From Ginglymostoma cirratum (Eukaryota), in NCBI GenBank assembly GCA_024137785.1, contig JAHRHZ010000078.1, positions 16,528,081 to 16,592,080 of the forward strand: a stretch of DNA of 64,000 bases, read 5' to 3'. Under the pieces are notes generated by a model that worked only from the letters and a program-made list of their open reading frames with translations, had not been told where the DNA came from and did no database searches. The position numbers and the translations under genes were made by a program. How positions within the stretch are numbered: the stretch's first letter is position 1; every line of letters begins with the position of its first letter. Shown piece after piece: positions 23,396-37,029 of the stretch.

Positions 23396-26204
23396 TAGCG
23401 AATTTTTTGCAACCTCCTAATCTACATTGAAGTCTATAACATAATACAATTGTGCTGTTATCTCTGTTCCTCTTCAGTCATTTTCCCTGTACATTTGATG
23501 ACTATAGTCACTTTATTGATACCTAATTGGAGAACAAATGGAGGTTAAGTTGACCTTTTTTGAAGATATCACATTGATAACTGCAGTGCTGAGAAGCTAT
23601 CAGATTATGAAATCCCACTGACACTTTGCAGAAATTTGTGTATTACCACATGTCAGTTTTAAAATAAGCTTAAGGAAATAAATAAGTGTTATTTCTGATT
23701 GTTTCAAGCATTATTTTTGCATATTTATATCATTTGTTAATTTATCTTCCAAATCAGTGGAGAGTTGGATATCACTGCCAGATGGTGCAATGTCAGCTGT
23801 GCAAAATTATATTATGGTGGTATTCGCTAGGGTAAGAGAAAGATTATGCCTTGTGGTACCTCTTTTGTATTTAAAAGCAGGCTCAGAGGCAGCATTAAAG
23901 CATAAACCTGTGAACTCAGAATGCTCCTCTTCCTTGTTACTCTGCCTATGTGCTGCCTATCCTTGTTGATGGTGAATAGGAAGGGAGGTCAAAATTTGCC
24001 TCCAATGCCTTCTCCTGAGATCTATTAAAAGCCATAAGAAATAGAATTCACCTCTTTTATAATACTTTGTGCCATTGGTGACTAAAATACAATCAATATA
24101 ATCGCGCTAGAAATCCCAAACCATAATAGCAGCTACTAATGACTATTAAAGCGAAATTCTTGGAAATAATTCATGTTAACTCTTCCAGATTGCCATTGCA
24201 TAGCTTGAGCCAAATGTGTGTGTAAACGAAAAGCGTACATCTATAACTGATATCTTTTATGTGTCAGTCTCTACTAAAACATTGGAATTCCACTAATTGT
24301 CACTGGCAAGATTTGTTCAATCAAAGATAATGTCGATTAATCATATTGGTTTAGACACGCGGTGATGTATTGAGAACCTTGGAGAGAAGTAAGAAACAAA
24401 GAAGCCTATTCAATTCAAAAACTCCCTATTCAAGGGAGTTGATTGGAACCAGGACATCAATTCATGTCATTTACCAACAGCCAAAGGTACAATTATCAAG
24501 TGGACAAACAAATCTGGGACCAGAAGTGATAGACGTGAGATGAAAATGAATGAACAATAATGCAAATTGGGAAAATATCCACATCGATTTCAGCAGACAA
24601 ATATTTTACATATTCAACAATCATCCATTTATCATTTCAACACAGGCATAAATTAAAATGAGCTATCAAAATAGTAGCATGATGAAAACGTCATCCAGTG
24701 CATGAAGCTGCATTCAGATAACAGTGCAAGCTCAAATACCATTGACTGGCTCTCAAACCAAAGTAATCTTCTGAGAGGGACAGAAGCAAAAGATAGCCCA
24801 TTGGCAAATTCAGAGGAAACTATGGAAAATCCCACTCTAAATCCCCAGGGCTCAACATAACTCAACATAATCCCAGCTCATTAACAATTAACCCTCTCAG
24901 TAATAGTGCCCTCTTTGCTGGTGAGCTTGTCAAGTTGCCTTTTAACACGTTAATTTCTTTTTTAATGGGCTGCAGCAAATTCTATCTCAAACACATGCTG
25001 CTATTTTCTCTTGCAGAGAGTATTAGATTTTTGTGTATCACAAAGTATTTATTTTCACAATCTAAGCCTAACAGACTTTATTTACATACCCTCTCCTTTT
25101 GCCATTATTGTCTCTGTCCAATCCCTTTAGTATTTTAAAACTGTTAATTGTAATTATTATAAACTTCTGTTTGTCCAAAGCAAATTGCTGTAATATTTAA
25201 AGTCTATGCATTTGACTAAACCTAAGTTAGGTTTTACACTGGTCAGATTCCTCTTCAGCTTCTCCTCAATCTTAGATCTTTCATTACATGTGTCGACTAA
25301 AGCTGTCAATGTTAAAGTTATAGCAGATATACTAGAGCCATTTGAAAACTAATTACGTTCTTTGGGCAGGTAATTGGACTCCAAATAATGCTTAGAAAGT
25401 TTCCAATGTGGATATACAAAGCTATGAAAGCACAGGCAGTACATAGATCACAATATTATTCAGCGTGTAACTGAATTGGCATCCAACCTACCTTTTTAGA
25501 CATTGCAAGGCCTGTTAATACTGTGTCTTAAACACTCTCAGCGGAGTATGCCTTCAGCTGCACAGGGGATTATCCATTTGCACTATTTGAAGGCAAATGC
25601 ATGGGATTTGTAGGTGAGGTACTTTTGACTTTCTCTTGCTGCTATTGTGTGAATAAAAATACTGTGTGTGGCATTGTTAGAGGAGACCTCACATGTTCTG
25701 GTATTGGAAGGGAGAGATGTCAGATGTTTTCAGCATACTCTTCTTGGAGTTTTAACTAACTGTAGATTCCAAAAGCAGTTCCCTCTCTCTTACAGACATA
25801 AAAGATTTTCTTATGTCACCAGTTCACATGACAGCAAGAGAAGATGTTTAACAGCACTGTTGGGTTCAGTTCTCTCTGGTAACACGCTGGCTAATGTGTT
25901 TGCATAAAATTCCTTTGTGTACTATTTCAGTTGAACCATTAAAGTGTTTATTATAAATAGGTTAATGACTGCACAAAAATGGCACACAAAAGAATTTTAC
26001 CACAAGCCCATTAACCAGTGCACTGCCAGAGACGATTAAATTTCCTTGTTTCAAAAGGTTACACTGAGGTTTTTCTAACAAAGTGATCATGTGAGTTTGC
26101 TAACCAGTTTAACACTGCATCATTGCAATAACATTGAATATTATATTGCTTCACATTTTTGAAAATATTTTGTAATGTTTGCTGCAGTGTTGTAAGATAC
26201 TGCT

Positions 26205-27860
26205 ATTCCCATTCTTCATCCAAGTCAGTGAACAAGTCACTTCCAAAATCCATACCCATCATAGTCAGAAATCTGCGTTTGAATCTAGTTTCCACTCATG
26301 CCAGGATAGTGAAAGTGCTCTGACTAAGTCACAAATGACATTCTATGTGACTGTGACAAAGGTAAACTTTCTCTCCTCGTCCTTTTCATACCTGTCTGCA
26401 GCCTTTGACTCAATTAGTCACACAATCATCCAGCTGAGCATCTGCTCTCATCTGATTCCATTATTTTCCACCTAATTGTATTCAAAGAATCAGCTGCCAT
26501 GGCTTTTCTTCCCATTCCTGTTTTGTTATTTCTGATATCCCACAGGATCTATCATTGACCCCCTCTTATTTCTCATTTATATGCTGTCCCTTGACAATAT
26601 CACCTGAGAATACAATGTCAGATTCTGCATGTGAGCTGATGATGCTTAGCTCTACCTCATCACCACCTCGCTTGTGCCCTCGACTTTCTCTCTATTGTCT
26701 GACTTCAGAACTGAATGAGCAGAAATTTGCTCCATCTAAATATTAAAAAGAAAAAAGCCATGTACCTTTTCCCATGCCACAGACTCCATCATTATGTCAT
26801 CAGCTGCATCCGTCCTCAGCGGCAATTCTGAGGCTGAGTTAGTTCCTTCATAACCTTGTTATATTTGTGCCCAAGATGAGCCTTTTCTCATTCACTCACA
26901 CGATAAAGGTGTTGCTGGCTAGGCTAGCATTTAATGCACATTAATCCACAGAGGAAATTTAAGAATCAACCACATTGCTGTGGGTCTGGAGTCACATGTA
27001 GTCCAGACCAGGTAAGGATAGAAGTTTCCTTCCCTAGAGGATATTAGTGAACCAGATGGGCTTTTCCTGACAATTGACAATGGATTCATGGTCATCATTA
27101 GACTTTTAATTCCAGGTTTTTGTTTTTTATTGAATTCAAATTTCACCAACTGCCATGGCGAGATTGAAACCCGTGCCCCTAGAACATCACCTGGGTTTCC
27201 CAGATTAACAACCCAGCAAAAACAGCACTAGGCCATCACCTTCCCAATACATTCTGACCATACATTTATGCCATCACTAAGATCAGCAATCTCCACCTTT
27301 TGTAAGATCACCCAATGCTGCCCTCTCTCTGTTTATCTGTTGCTGAAAACTTTGTCCATGTATTTGTTTGCCTATAACTATGAATATTCCAAAGCATTCC
27401 TGGTTTTCCATCATCCAACCTCCATAAACTAAAGATAATTAAAAATTCTGCTGAATGGAGCCTAATTTGAACCAAATCCTACTCATCAATCACCCTGTTC
27501 TCTCAACCTACATTGGGCAATGCTTCTTTTCTCTTGCTTTCAAAACTGTCTGTGGACTTACTCCTCTTTATCTTTGAAACCTCCGTCTCTGGAAACTCCC
27601 AAGGGCTGATTCTAGTTTCTTGAGCATTGGATTTTAATCCCACCCAATTAACCGATGTACCAGTAGCTGCTGAGTCCCAAGTTCTGGAATTCCCTTCCTA
27701 AACCTTTCCACACATCTACCTGTCTTTCAAAGCTGTTAAAACGCTTATTCATTTGGCCCTAATATCCTCTTGTGTGGCTCAATGTGAAATTTTGTTTGAT
27801 TACACTCTTTTGAAGCACCTTAGAACATTTTACAGTATGCTGGGACAATATAAATTTCAA
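26205..27860 (+). mobile_element. Degraded L2 LINE (RT to 3' end), interrupted by a SINE
   Basis: FESSFHSCQDSESALTK and LSAAFDSISHTI match L2 QSGFR..HSTETAL.K and DLSAAFDTVDH. L2-type tail near 27815-27860. Confidence 0.8.
26890..27243 (-). mobile_element. Near full-length tRNA-derived SINE with LINE-derived tail
   Basis: Reverse head ggtgatggcctagtg...gggtttcaatctc, internal cccatctggttcactaat, and tail taaatgctagcctagccagc shared with the LINE at 29287-29725. Confidence 0.85.
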
Positions 27861-28200
27861 GATTTTTTAAATTTCAGGAAAAGCATTATTTGTATTTACC
27901 TCTTTGTGTTGTAAGTGGTAATGGTTCTTCAGGGGTTAATGCTCATGTTACATTGGATCCACCCAATGTCCCATGTTGCATGCAGTCTGTGAGTGAAGTC
28001 AAGAAATTCTACTCTAACTTTTGAAGGAAGACTTCAGAAAAGTCCAATTTCAAGCTTGACTTGCACTATCAACACTTCTGATGTTGCACCTTTTTCAGAA
28101 AAAAAAATGCTGTTTCCAAAAGCTGTTGAGTAAGATGTTACTGTAAAATGATTCTGTTGAAAAGCAGGCAGTGTTCGCTGGAAGACGGTGCCTTTGCTCT

Positions 28201-28219
28201 CTATCGCCACCTTGTGAGC
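28201..28219 (-). promoter_or_regulatory. Candidate CTCF-binding motif
   Basis: Reverse strand gctcacaaggtggcgatag resembles the CTCF core CCASYAGRKGGCRS, in non-repeat sequence with several retained CpGs. Confidence 0.35.
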
Positions 28220-28812
28220 ACATAATGAGCCACTGTAAACTCTCAGCTGAAGAACGGAAAAAGGATGTAACTGCGACCCAAAGACATGTTCATACAAGAG
28301 ATAGTCCTTGCTTTTTGTGACTGTTGTTCTTACCTAAGATGTCAAACAAATGAAAACCAACTGTGCAATCATCAGTATGTTCTGTCTTTTTTATAAAATA
28401 TAAGCTGCATTGTGAAACAATGAATCCAAATCCAGATCAAAATCTGAATTCTGCTTCTCTAATGTGTAAGAATTTAGGGGCAAAACGGGGTCAGTTTTAA
28501 ACATGTGCTGACCAGCATTTTGTTTCTTGAATGTGTGAGGTCATGTTATTACTTACTGAGCACCTCCACAGTAAAAAGGTATCTATTTTTGTACTGACAC
28601 ATGATTATCTGAATGAGTTCAGATTTGAAGATGGATTCAGATCTGAATCTGAAATTTGAATTGATCACACAGCATGTGGGTGAAAATCATGTGGAATAGA
28701 TAAGGTTCTGCATTGAATCAAAAATAAAATGGATACATGCCCAGCAACCAGATACAAAAGTAAATACAAAATTATTCAGCTCCAAATGTTGTGTGAATGT
28801 TGGATATGTGCG

Positions 28813-28847
28813 CGCACACACATGCAGACACACACACACACACACAC
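28813..28847. repeat. Interrupted (CA)n microsatellite
   Basis: Read directly from the sequence. Confidence 0.9.
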
Positions 28848-29286
28848 AAACAGGCTCCTTTCTAAATCTTCACCTCTATTTATCAATACTCTTTATTGGC
28901 TTTCTTTTTCAAGCTTGGTGCAAAGTTACTGCAGAATGGGTAATATTGTATATCAGATACCAATAGAAGCACACTGATTTTTTTAACAAATGCAATGAAT
29001 TTAAGTTTGAATTAAGCCAGGCTCACATCTTTAAGAGTAAATATAGACCAGCGTGAGGCAAACCCATTTGCAGTTCAGCATTCATTCCCATTTGTGCACT
29101 CAACTCGAAAGTAACTGGTGTCAATTATAGCATGTAGTTTTAGCCAGGGTATTGCGGGCATATCCAGTTATGCAGATGCTTTGAGCCTGTTATGCATATT
29201 ATACTTTAAAAATCTCAGCTTGTCTTTGTCGTTAGCACTCTCACCACAGTCAGGAAACTATGGGCTCAGCTCCTAATCCATAACTT

Positions 29287-29725
29287 AAGCTCCAACAACA
29301 TTCAAGAAGCTTGACACTATCCAGGAGAAAGAAGCTCACTTGATTGGCACTGCATCCACAACCTTACACATTGACTTCCTTCACTTCCAACGCCCAGTGG
29401 CAGCAGTGTGTACTTTCCCCAAGACGCACTACAGCACTGAAGGGCAGCACCTTCCAAACCTGTGACCTCTATGTCCGAGAAGGACAAGCACAGCAAATGC
29501 ATGGGATCACCACCATCTGCAAGTTTCTCTCCAAGAGACACACCACCTTGACATGGGACTATATTGTCCCTTCCCTGTTGCCAGTTCAAAATCCTGCACC
29601 TTTTTGAACAACTCCGTAGGTGTCCCAGCACCACACGGACTGCAATGGTACACCATCACCTTCTTTAGGAATGGGCAATAAATGCTGGCCCAGCCAATGA
29701 CAGCCACACCCCATGAATGAAGGAA
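29287..29725 (+). mobile_element. 3' end of a CR1/L2-group LINE (ggcaataaatgctggcc tail family)
   Basis: PTTFKKLDTIQEKEAHLIG-type ORF2 end and tail aggaatgggcaataaatgctggcccagcc. Confidence 0.75.
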
Positions 29726-29729
29726 AGAA

Positions 29730-31015
29730 CTAGCAGGACATTTAGAAAATTTCAATGCAATCTGGCAGTAACAGCATGGTTTTGTGAAAGGGAAATCATA
29801 ATTAACAAATTACTTAAGAATGTAACAAGCAGGATGACAAGAAAAAAAACTCGTCATGCAGTGTATTTGAATTTCCAAAAGGCATTCAGTAAATAAAAGG
29901 TTCCTCTGTAAGGTAGGAGGTGGGAAGAGGACGGGGTAAGGGGGCCAAAGATGGAAGTGTTGGTAGTACAGAGGTGCAGGTGGACGGCTGACAATAAATT
30001 AGAGAAGAGAAGATTGACTAAATAACAAGAAATAGGGTCTCAGGATATCAAACTTTAGCTGGCGAAGTGGCTCAAGGATTGGTGCTGGTGCCTGAACTAT
30101 TTATGATCCACTTTAATCATTTTATGAAGAAATTGCCTGGATTGTAGCCAGATTTGCTGATAATACAAGGATAGACCAGAAGGTAAGTTGTGAGGAGGAT
30201 GCAAGGGGATACAGACTGATTAAGTGAAATGTCATAATAATGACAGATGGATTATATTGTGGAAAAAATGTAAGGTTCTCCACTTTGGCAGGAAGAATCG
30301 AAAATCAGAATATTAATTACATGCAGAGTATAGAATGCTGCAGTACAGAGGGTATCATTATACATGAACCAGAAAAAATAAACTTATGCATGCAGCAAGT
30401 AATTGAAAAAGTAAACAAAATATTGCCCTTTTTTCCAAGGGAACATGGTGTAAAAGTAAGGAAGTCTTGCTACAACTGTATAGAGCATTGGTGAGACTGG
30501 AGCTGGAATACTGTGCACAGATTTGATCTTCTGACTTAGTGAGGGACATATTCACACTGGAAACAGTTCAGAGAATGTTCACTACATTGCTGTGAGGAAG
30601 GAGTTGAGGAATGGTTTGGCCTATGTTCATTGGTGCTTAGAAGACTAAGAGGTGACCTTATTGAAACATAAACATTCAGAAGGTTTTGACAGGGTAGATG
30701 CTGAGAAGATGACCCCTGTCATCAGGTAAGTCTAGAACTTAGGAATGGGGGCCTCCTATTTAAGACTGAGATAAGGAGGAGTTTTTTTTAATTCTGAGAT
30801 GGCTGTTAGTGTTTTGGGATTCTCTTCCACGGAAACTGGGTCATTGACTATATTCAGATATTAGACAAATTTCTGATCAACAAAAGAGTCAAATACGACA
30901 TGGAACAGGCAATAAAGTGGGGTTAAGTTACAATCAGATCAGCCATCATCTCATTGAATGGTAGAAACTCCATAAGTCTAATGTTAATTCCATTCCTATT
31001 TTTTAAAATCTTATA
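29730..31015 (+). mobile_element. Degraded CR1 LINE (RT to 3' UTR)
   Basis: QHGFVKGK, VYLNFQKAF, RFADNTR, LVRLELEYCAQI and RLRGDLIE remnants; 3' UTR cagatcagccat. Confidence 0.85.
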
Positions 31016-31669
31016 ATCTCCATCACCATTGTGGCTCTCTGTGAAACTATTACTTCCTCCATTTTCTACTTTCCTTCACTGAATAAACTTCCATTTGTTA
31101 AGATTTTTGCAGCAACCAAGATAGCAAGCAGACTATTACATCCACACCATGCATCAACAAACTACTGCTTGGAGATGGAGGGGGATGGTGGGTCTTGATG
31201 TTCCTTCTTCATTTTGATATCCATGTCACGAAAAAGCATTGTGTCTCAGCTTTTCCCTCTCTTCTACTCATCCCATATAAAGTTGGGAACTACTCATGTG
31301 AGAAATGGTAGAGGCACATTCCACATCTTGCCAGTCTGTGGAGTGCGCACTTCAGTGCCTCTGCCAGAAAAATGTTCCGTTTATTAAAGATGAATTCACT
31401 GATCCAGAACCTGCCTCAGCAAGGGGAACTGCATTCAAAGGAACAGTTGGTTTGAGAATTACAGCGATAATGTGGTTGCCCTATCTTCAGTTCACACTTC
31501 CTTCCAACATTATTCCCTGCTGAGACAGCTGCATTAATTAATTCACTCTTCTGTGTGAAATACTGTCTCCTTACATCCATTCACTTTGAATTTGCAGTTA
31601 TTACTAATTAGGATAGTTACTTGATGTAACTACAAAGAAAAGCAAAATGCTTTAAACACTTTTTCTGAT

Positions 31670-32045
31670 AAGTATTTATTGGAATTTGATAATGGCAGGA
31701 GAATCCCAAGAGACAACTCAAACACTTTAAGGATGCCCTTGAAGCATCCCTGTAAAGGTCAAACATCTCCTCTGCCTCCTGGGAGTTCCTGGCTTGAGAC
31801 CAAAGTGCAGAAGATTAATTTGGAAAAGCATTGAACATGACGAGAGATTTAGGTGGGAAAAGGCAGAAGCAAAGTTGAGGTATCAGAAGGAGCACACAGA
31901 CGTCCAAACATCGCATCAGCTTGATCCTCTAAGCAGAATCTGGGCCACAGGTGGCAGAGACATGCATTGGACTTAACAGCCGTCACAGAACCCGATCAAA
32001 TCAAAGCAAGGCATCTTCAATGCTAAGGCACTACTCAAGGAATAG
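31670..32045 (+). mobile_element. RTE-clade LINE 3' end
   Basis: QLKHFKDALEASL...SWEFLA...RRLIWKSIE...EKAEAKL matches the RTE pattern KRFKDTLKASL...WESLA.DR..WR..I. Confidence 0.75.
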
Positions 32046-32049
32046 AAGA

Positions 32050-34945
32050 CCATAGCGTCATAGAGATGTACAGCACGGAAACAGATCCTTCTGTCTAACT
32101 TATCCATGCTGACCAGATATCTGAAATAAATCTAGTTCAATTTGGCAGCATTTGCCCCATATTCCTCGAAACCCTTCCCATTCATATACTCATCCAGGTG
32201 GCTTTGAAATGTTGTAAATGTACCAGGCTCCATCACTTCCTCTGGCAGCTTATTCCATACACGCACCACTCTCTGCGTGACAAAGTTGCCCCTTATGCCT
32301 CTTTTAAGTCTTTGCCCTCTCCCCTTAAACCTATGCCCTCTAGTTTTGGACTCCCAACCACAGGGAAAAGACCTTGTCTACTTACTCTATCCATTCCCCT
32401 TATGGTGTTATAAACTCCTGTGAGGTTACCCTTCAGCCTCCAATGCTCCAGAGAAAAAGCCCCAGCCTATTCAGCCTTTCCCTATAGCTCAAACCCGCCA
32501 ACCCCAGCATCATCCTTGTAAATCTTTTCTGATCTCTTTCAAGTTTAACAACATCCTTCCTTTAGCAGTATTCCAAAAGAGGCCTAACCGATTTCCTGTA
32601 CAGACGCAACATGACCTCCCAACTCTTATACTCAATGCACTGAACAATAAAGGCAAGCGTACCAAATGTCTTCTTCATTACCTCGTCTACCTGTGACTTC
32701 ACTTTTAAGGAAATTGAACCTGCACTCCAAGGTCTCTTTGTTCAGCAACACTGTCCAGGACCTTACCAATAAGTGTATAAGTCCTGGACTGATTTGCCTT
32801 TCCAAAATGCAGCACTTCACATTTATCTAAATTAAACTCCATCTGCCACTCCTCGACCCATTGGCTCATCTGATTGTACTCTGAGGTAACCTTCTTCACT
32901 GTCCACTACACCTCCAATTTTAGTGCCATCTGCAAACCTACTATCCGCACCTCCTATGTTCACATCGAAATCATTTATAAAAATGATGAAAATCAGTGGG
33001 CCCAACACTAATCCTTGTGGCACACTGCTGATCACAGGCCTCCAGTCTGAAAAGCAACCCTACACCAACACTCCACCACCACCCTCTCTCTTCTACCTTC
33101 GAGACATTTCTGTATCCAAATGGCTAGTTCTCCCTGTATTCTACATGATTTAACCTTGCCAACCAGTTTACCACATAAGGGACCTTGTCAAACATCTTAC
33201 TGAAATCCATATAGATTACATCCACCACTCTACCCTCAACAATCCTCTTCGTTATTTCTTCAAAAAACTCAATTAAGTTATTGAGGCCCAATTTCCCACG
33301 CAAAAAGCCATGTTGACTATCTCTAATCAGTCCTTGTCTTTTCAAATACATGTAAATCGTGTCCCACAGGATTCCCTCCAACAACTTGCCCACCACCAAT
33401 GTCAGGCTCACTGGTCTATAGCTCCCTGGCTTTTCCTTACTACCTTTCTTAAATAATGGCACCAGGTTAGCCAACCTCCCGTCTTCAGGCACCTCGCCTG
33501 TGGCTATCGATGATACAAATAGCTGGGCAAAGGGCCCAGCAATCTCTTCCCTCGTGTCCCACAGAGTTCTAGCGTATACTTGATCAGGTCCTGGGGATTT
33601 ATCCATCTTTATGCGTTCTAATCCATCCAGCACCTTCTCCTCTGTAATATGGACATTTTTCAAGATGCCGCTACTTATTTTCCCATGTTCCATATCTGCT
33701 ATCCTTCTCCACAGAAAACACTGATGTCAAATATTCGTTTAGTATCACCCCCATCTCCTGCGGCTCCACACATAGGCAGCCTTGCTGATCTTTAAGGGGC
33801 CCTATTCTCTCCCTAGTTACCCTTTTGTCCTTAATGTATTTGTAGAATCCCCTTAGATTCTCCTTAACCGTATTTGCCAAAGCTACCTCATGTCCCCTTT
33901 TTGGGCTCCTGATTTTCCTCTTAAGTATACTCCTGCTGCCCTTATACTCCTCTAGGGATTCACTCAATCCCTGTTGTCTGTACCTGACATATGTTTCCGT
34001 CTTTTTCTCAACCAAAACCTCAATTTCTCTAGTTTCCAACATTCCAAACACCTACCAGCCTTGCCCTGCATCCTAACAGCAACATACTGTCTCTGGACTC
34101 TCATTATCTTATTTTTGAAGGCTTCCTATTTTCCAGCTGCCCCTTTACCTCCAATTTAGAACCTTAACTTTTAGATCTGGTCTATCCTTTTCCATCACTA
34201 TTTTAAAACTAATTGAATTAAGGTCACTCTCCCACTGACACCTCAGTTACCTGCCCTGCCTTATTTCCCAAAAGTAGGTCAAGTTTTGCACCTTCTCTAG
34301 TAGGTACATCCACCTGTGAATCAGAAAAATTCTCTTGCACACAATCAACAAATTCCTCTCCATCCAAACATAGACTGCAGTCCCAGTCTATGTTTGGAAT
34401 GTTAAAATCCCCGACCATAACCACCCTAATATTATTACAGATAATTGAGATCTCCTTACAAATTTGTTTCTCAAATTCCTGCTGACTATTGGTGCGGTGT
34501 CTATAGTACAACCTCAGGAAGGTGATCATCCCATTCTTATTTCTCAGTTCCACCCAAATAACTTCCCTGGGCATATTCCCAGGAATATCCTCCCTAAGTA
34601 CAGCTATAATGTTATACCTAATAGAAAATGCCACACCCCCTTCTCTCTTGCGGCCCTTTCTATCCTTCCTATAACATCTGTACCCTGGAACATTAAGCCA
34701 CCAGTCCTGTCCACCCCTGAGCTATGTCTCTGTAATTGCTATGATATCCCAGTCCCATGTTCCCAACCATGCCCTGAGTTCACCTGCCTTACCTGTTAAG
34801 CCTCTTGCATTGAAATAAATGCAGTTTAATTTATCTGTCCGACTTCGTTCTGTGCTTTGTTCCTGCCTGCGTTGAATGTTTGACTTGTTCTTTTTCCCAA
34901 CTGTCTCAGTCTCAGATTGATTTCTTTCCTCACCATCTCCCTGGG
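32050..34945 (-). mobile_element. CR1 (HER1-like) LINE, ORF2 endonuclease plus RT, with frameshifts and internal deletions
   Basis: CIYFNARGL...DIIAITET, VVMVGDFNIPNIDW, DKSPGPD...YRPVSLT...SQHGF...YMDFSKMFDKV, VPQGLVLGP...FADGTK; (ctatga)-type tail near 32050-32065. Confidence 0.95.
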
Positions 34946-37029
34946 AGAACAGCAACAGAAATAATGAGATTTTGTGCCACCAAGTGGATAAAAGCAACAT
35001 TACATTAACTGGCAATTTATAGCAGTTTTGTTTTAATCCTTCCCTTTATTGGCTTGCCTTGAATCAGACTTTGTGAAAAATCTGGAGAATTCCTCAACAT
35101 TGTCACTATCAGAAAAAAAAAGGAGCTTTTGGACAATATCGGTATCTTTTAGAAAATGAATATCCATACCAATGGTACAGTTAACTGAATGATAGCCAGC
35201 TGTAACGCACACTTAATTCGTTCACAATCTCAATAATATCTGTCTGTGCCAGTTGTCAAGCGGAAGAAAGCAAAACGTGCAGTCTGATAAGTCAAAAAAA
35301 GGGTATCAAAAGCTTCCATTAAAGAAATAGAAAACTCACAAATAACAATGAAGGTAATTGTTTTACATCAGAGGCCAGTCACACCTTAGATTACTGACTG
35401 CTATAAGTTTCCTAAGTTTTGCAGTTACCTTGCACAGTAAATTAAGCTTTTGATGGATCACTGCCTTATAATTAGTCTCAAATATCTATTACCTTCATAC
35501 CAACCCAACTCACTCTGTGACATCTAACAATGGAAAATCCAGGAACCCGCAGGTGTCAACATCTTGCAAGATACAGGTTAGCAGGAACCCCAGTGCTTTC
35601 TGCTGCCCTAGGAGGAGTAGGGTGAGGGATCCCAAGTTGTGCCACATAAACAACTTCTCCCCATGTCAGTTGAAAAGAAATCCTTTTCTTTTAATTCTAA
35701 TGCTCCCTCAGAGGTCCCTATGCATCTACCTGGAGATTGGAACATCTTGAATCACTGTAGGCAACAGCCTGCAAAGCTCTTGCAAGTGCAAATGGATCTG
35801 GTAATGGAAACAGTGTTCATTTCTGGAAATGACACCATTGCACGACTGTGCTTACCAAGAGAATGCAGGAATCGCCCACATAGCCATGAGTCTGCATCCT
35901 CTGAGTCCCAGGCGATCTCCGGATTCAGCAGAAAGACTGAAAAATTTAGCCCATCTTATGTGCCCCGCAATATGTGTGAAATTTTTGCCCTTCTTCAAAA
36001 ATAAACACTTAAAGATAGAACTTTGGAATGTAACATTTTCTGTCTGAAGCATTGTTCAGTGGAATGGCAGGACCCAAGTTAAGCCCATGGTGATTCCTTC
36101 CACAGGGACTTCTCAACGGCAGCTGGTCTGTTAGAGAGAGTGGGTGATAAAAACCAGCCGATCCACTCTCGGGCAGGGAAATCCAGAGAACCGCTCTCAT
36201 TCATTCCTCACAGCTGTTTACAGAATGACACCAGAAGAAGTAAGTCTCCCACCCCCTATTTTTTCTCCAGCAACTGAAAACATGTTAAAGAGGAAATGCA
36301 ATCCAGTCAACATTGAGTGGTGATAATACCACTACTTTAGTGACCACATCGTGGATTCGATTTATTCCAGCCCTTGTGTGTGTTGGCCAAATCAAAAAGA
36401 TGTTGGAAACATGTTCTCTAGTCATTGCTTCATGTGAATTTGTAAACACATTCTTTAGGAATAAGTTTTGGATGTTGCTAGGAACAGCAAACATGGTGAA
36501 TCTTAATTATACTAAGAAATTGTTCTCAGATATCGCAACCAGAAGAGTTAGTCTTCTCCTCACATCATCGCGATGCATTTTTTGACTATATCTGGTACTG
36601 TCTGCTTTCAATTGAGATTGTCATTATATTCTATAAATTAGTCAATGACAGAGAAGGCCCAAACAAAACAAAAATTACTCTCATGTGGGTCACATTCTTA
36701 TAAATGCCTTCAAGTAGTAATTGTGTAGCATGTTCCCAATCATTCATATTTTGTTAGTATTTTTCCTGCAACAGTTCATTTACCTGACCTACAAAGGAAA
36801 ATAAATGCAATTTTCTGTATCTTTATTGCATGTATTCTGAGAGTTTTATTGTTGTTCCATCTGTGTAATATTATCTGCCTTGTACCTCAACCCTTAATGC
36901 AAACACTATGTTAGCAAGCACGACAATAGAAGGGAAATAAACCTCCGCCATTCAATGTATCTTACATACCCAATTACATAGTGCAGACTATGTAAGTACT
37001 TGTGAGTGGAAGTTTATTTGTCTCACCCT

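Noticed and set aside
28634-28649. Perfect 16-bp palindrome gattcagatctgaatc
   Set aside because: About one loop-less palindrome of this size is expected by chance in 64 kb; no supporting context.
31940-31960. CTCF-like ggccacaggtggcag
   Set aside because: One base short of the core spacing and located inside an RTE remnant.
33124-35015. RT and endonuclease ORFs as functional genes
   Set aside because: Fragments of one CR1 copy broken by frameshifts, stops and deletions.
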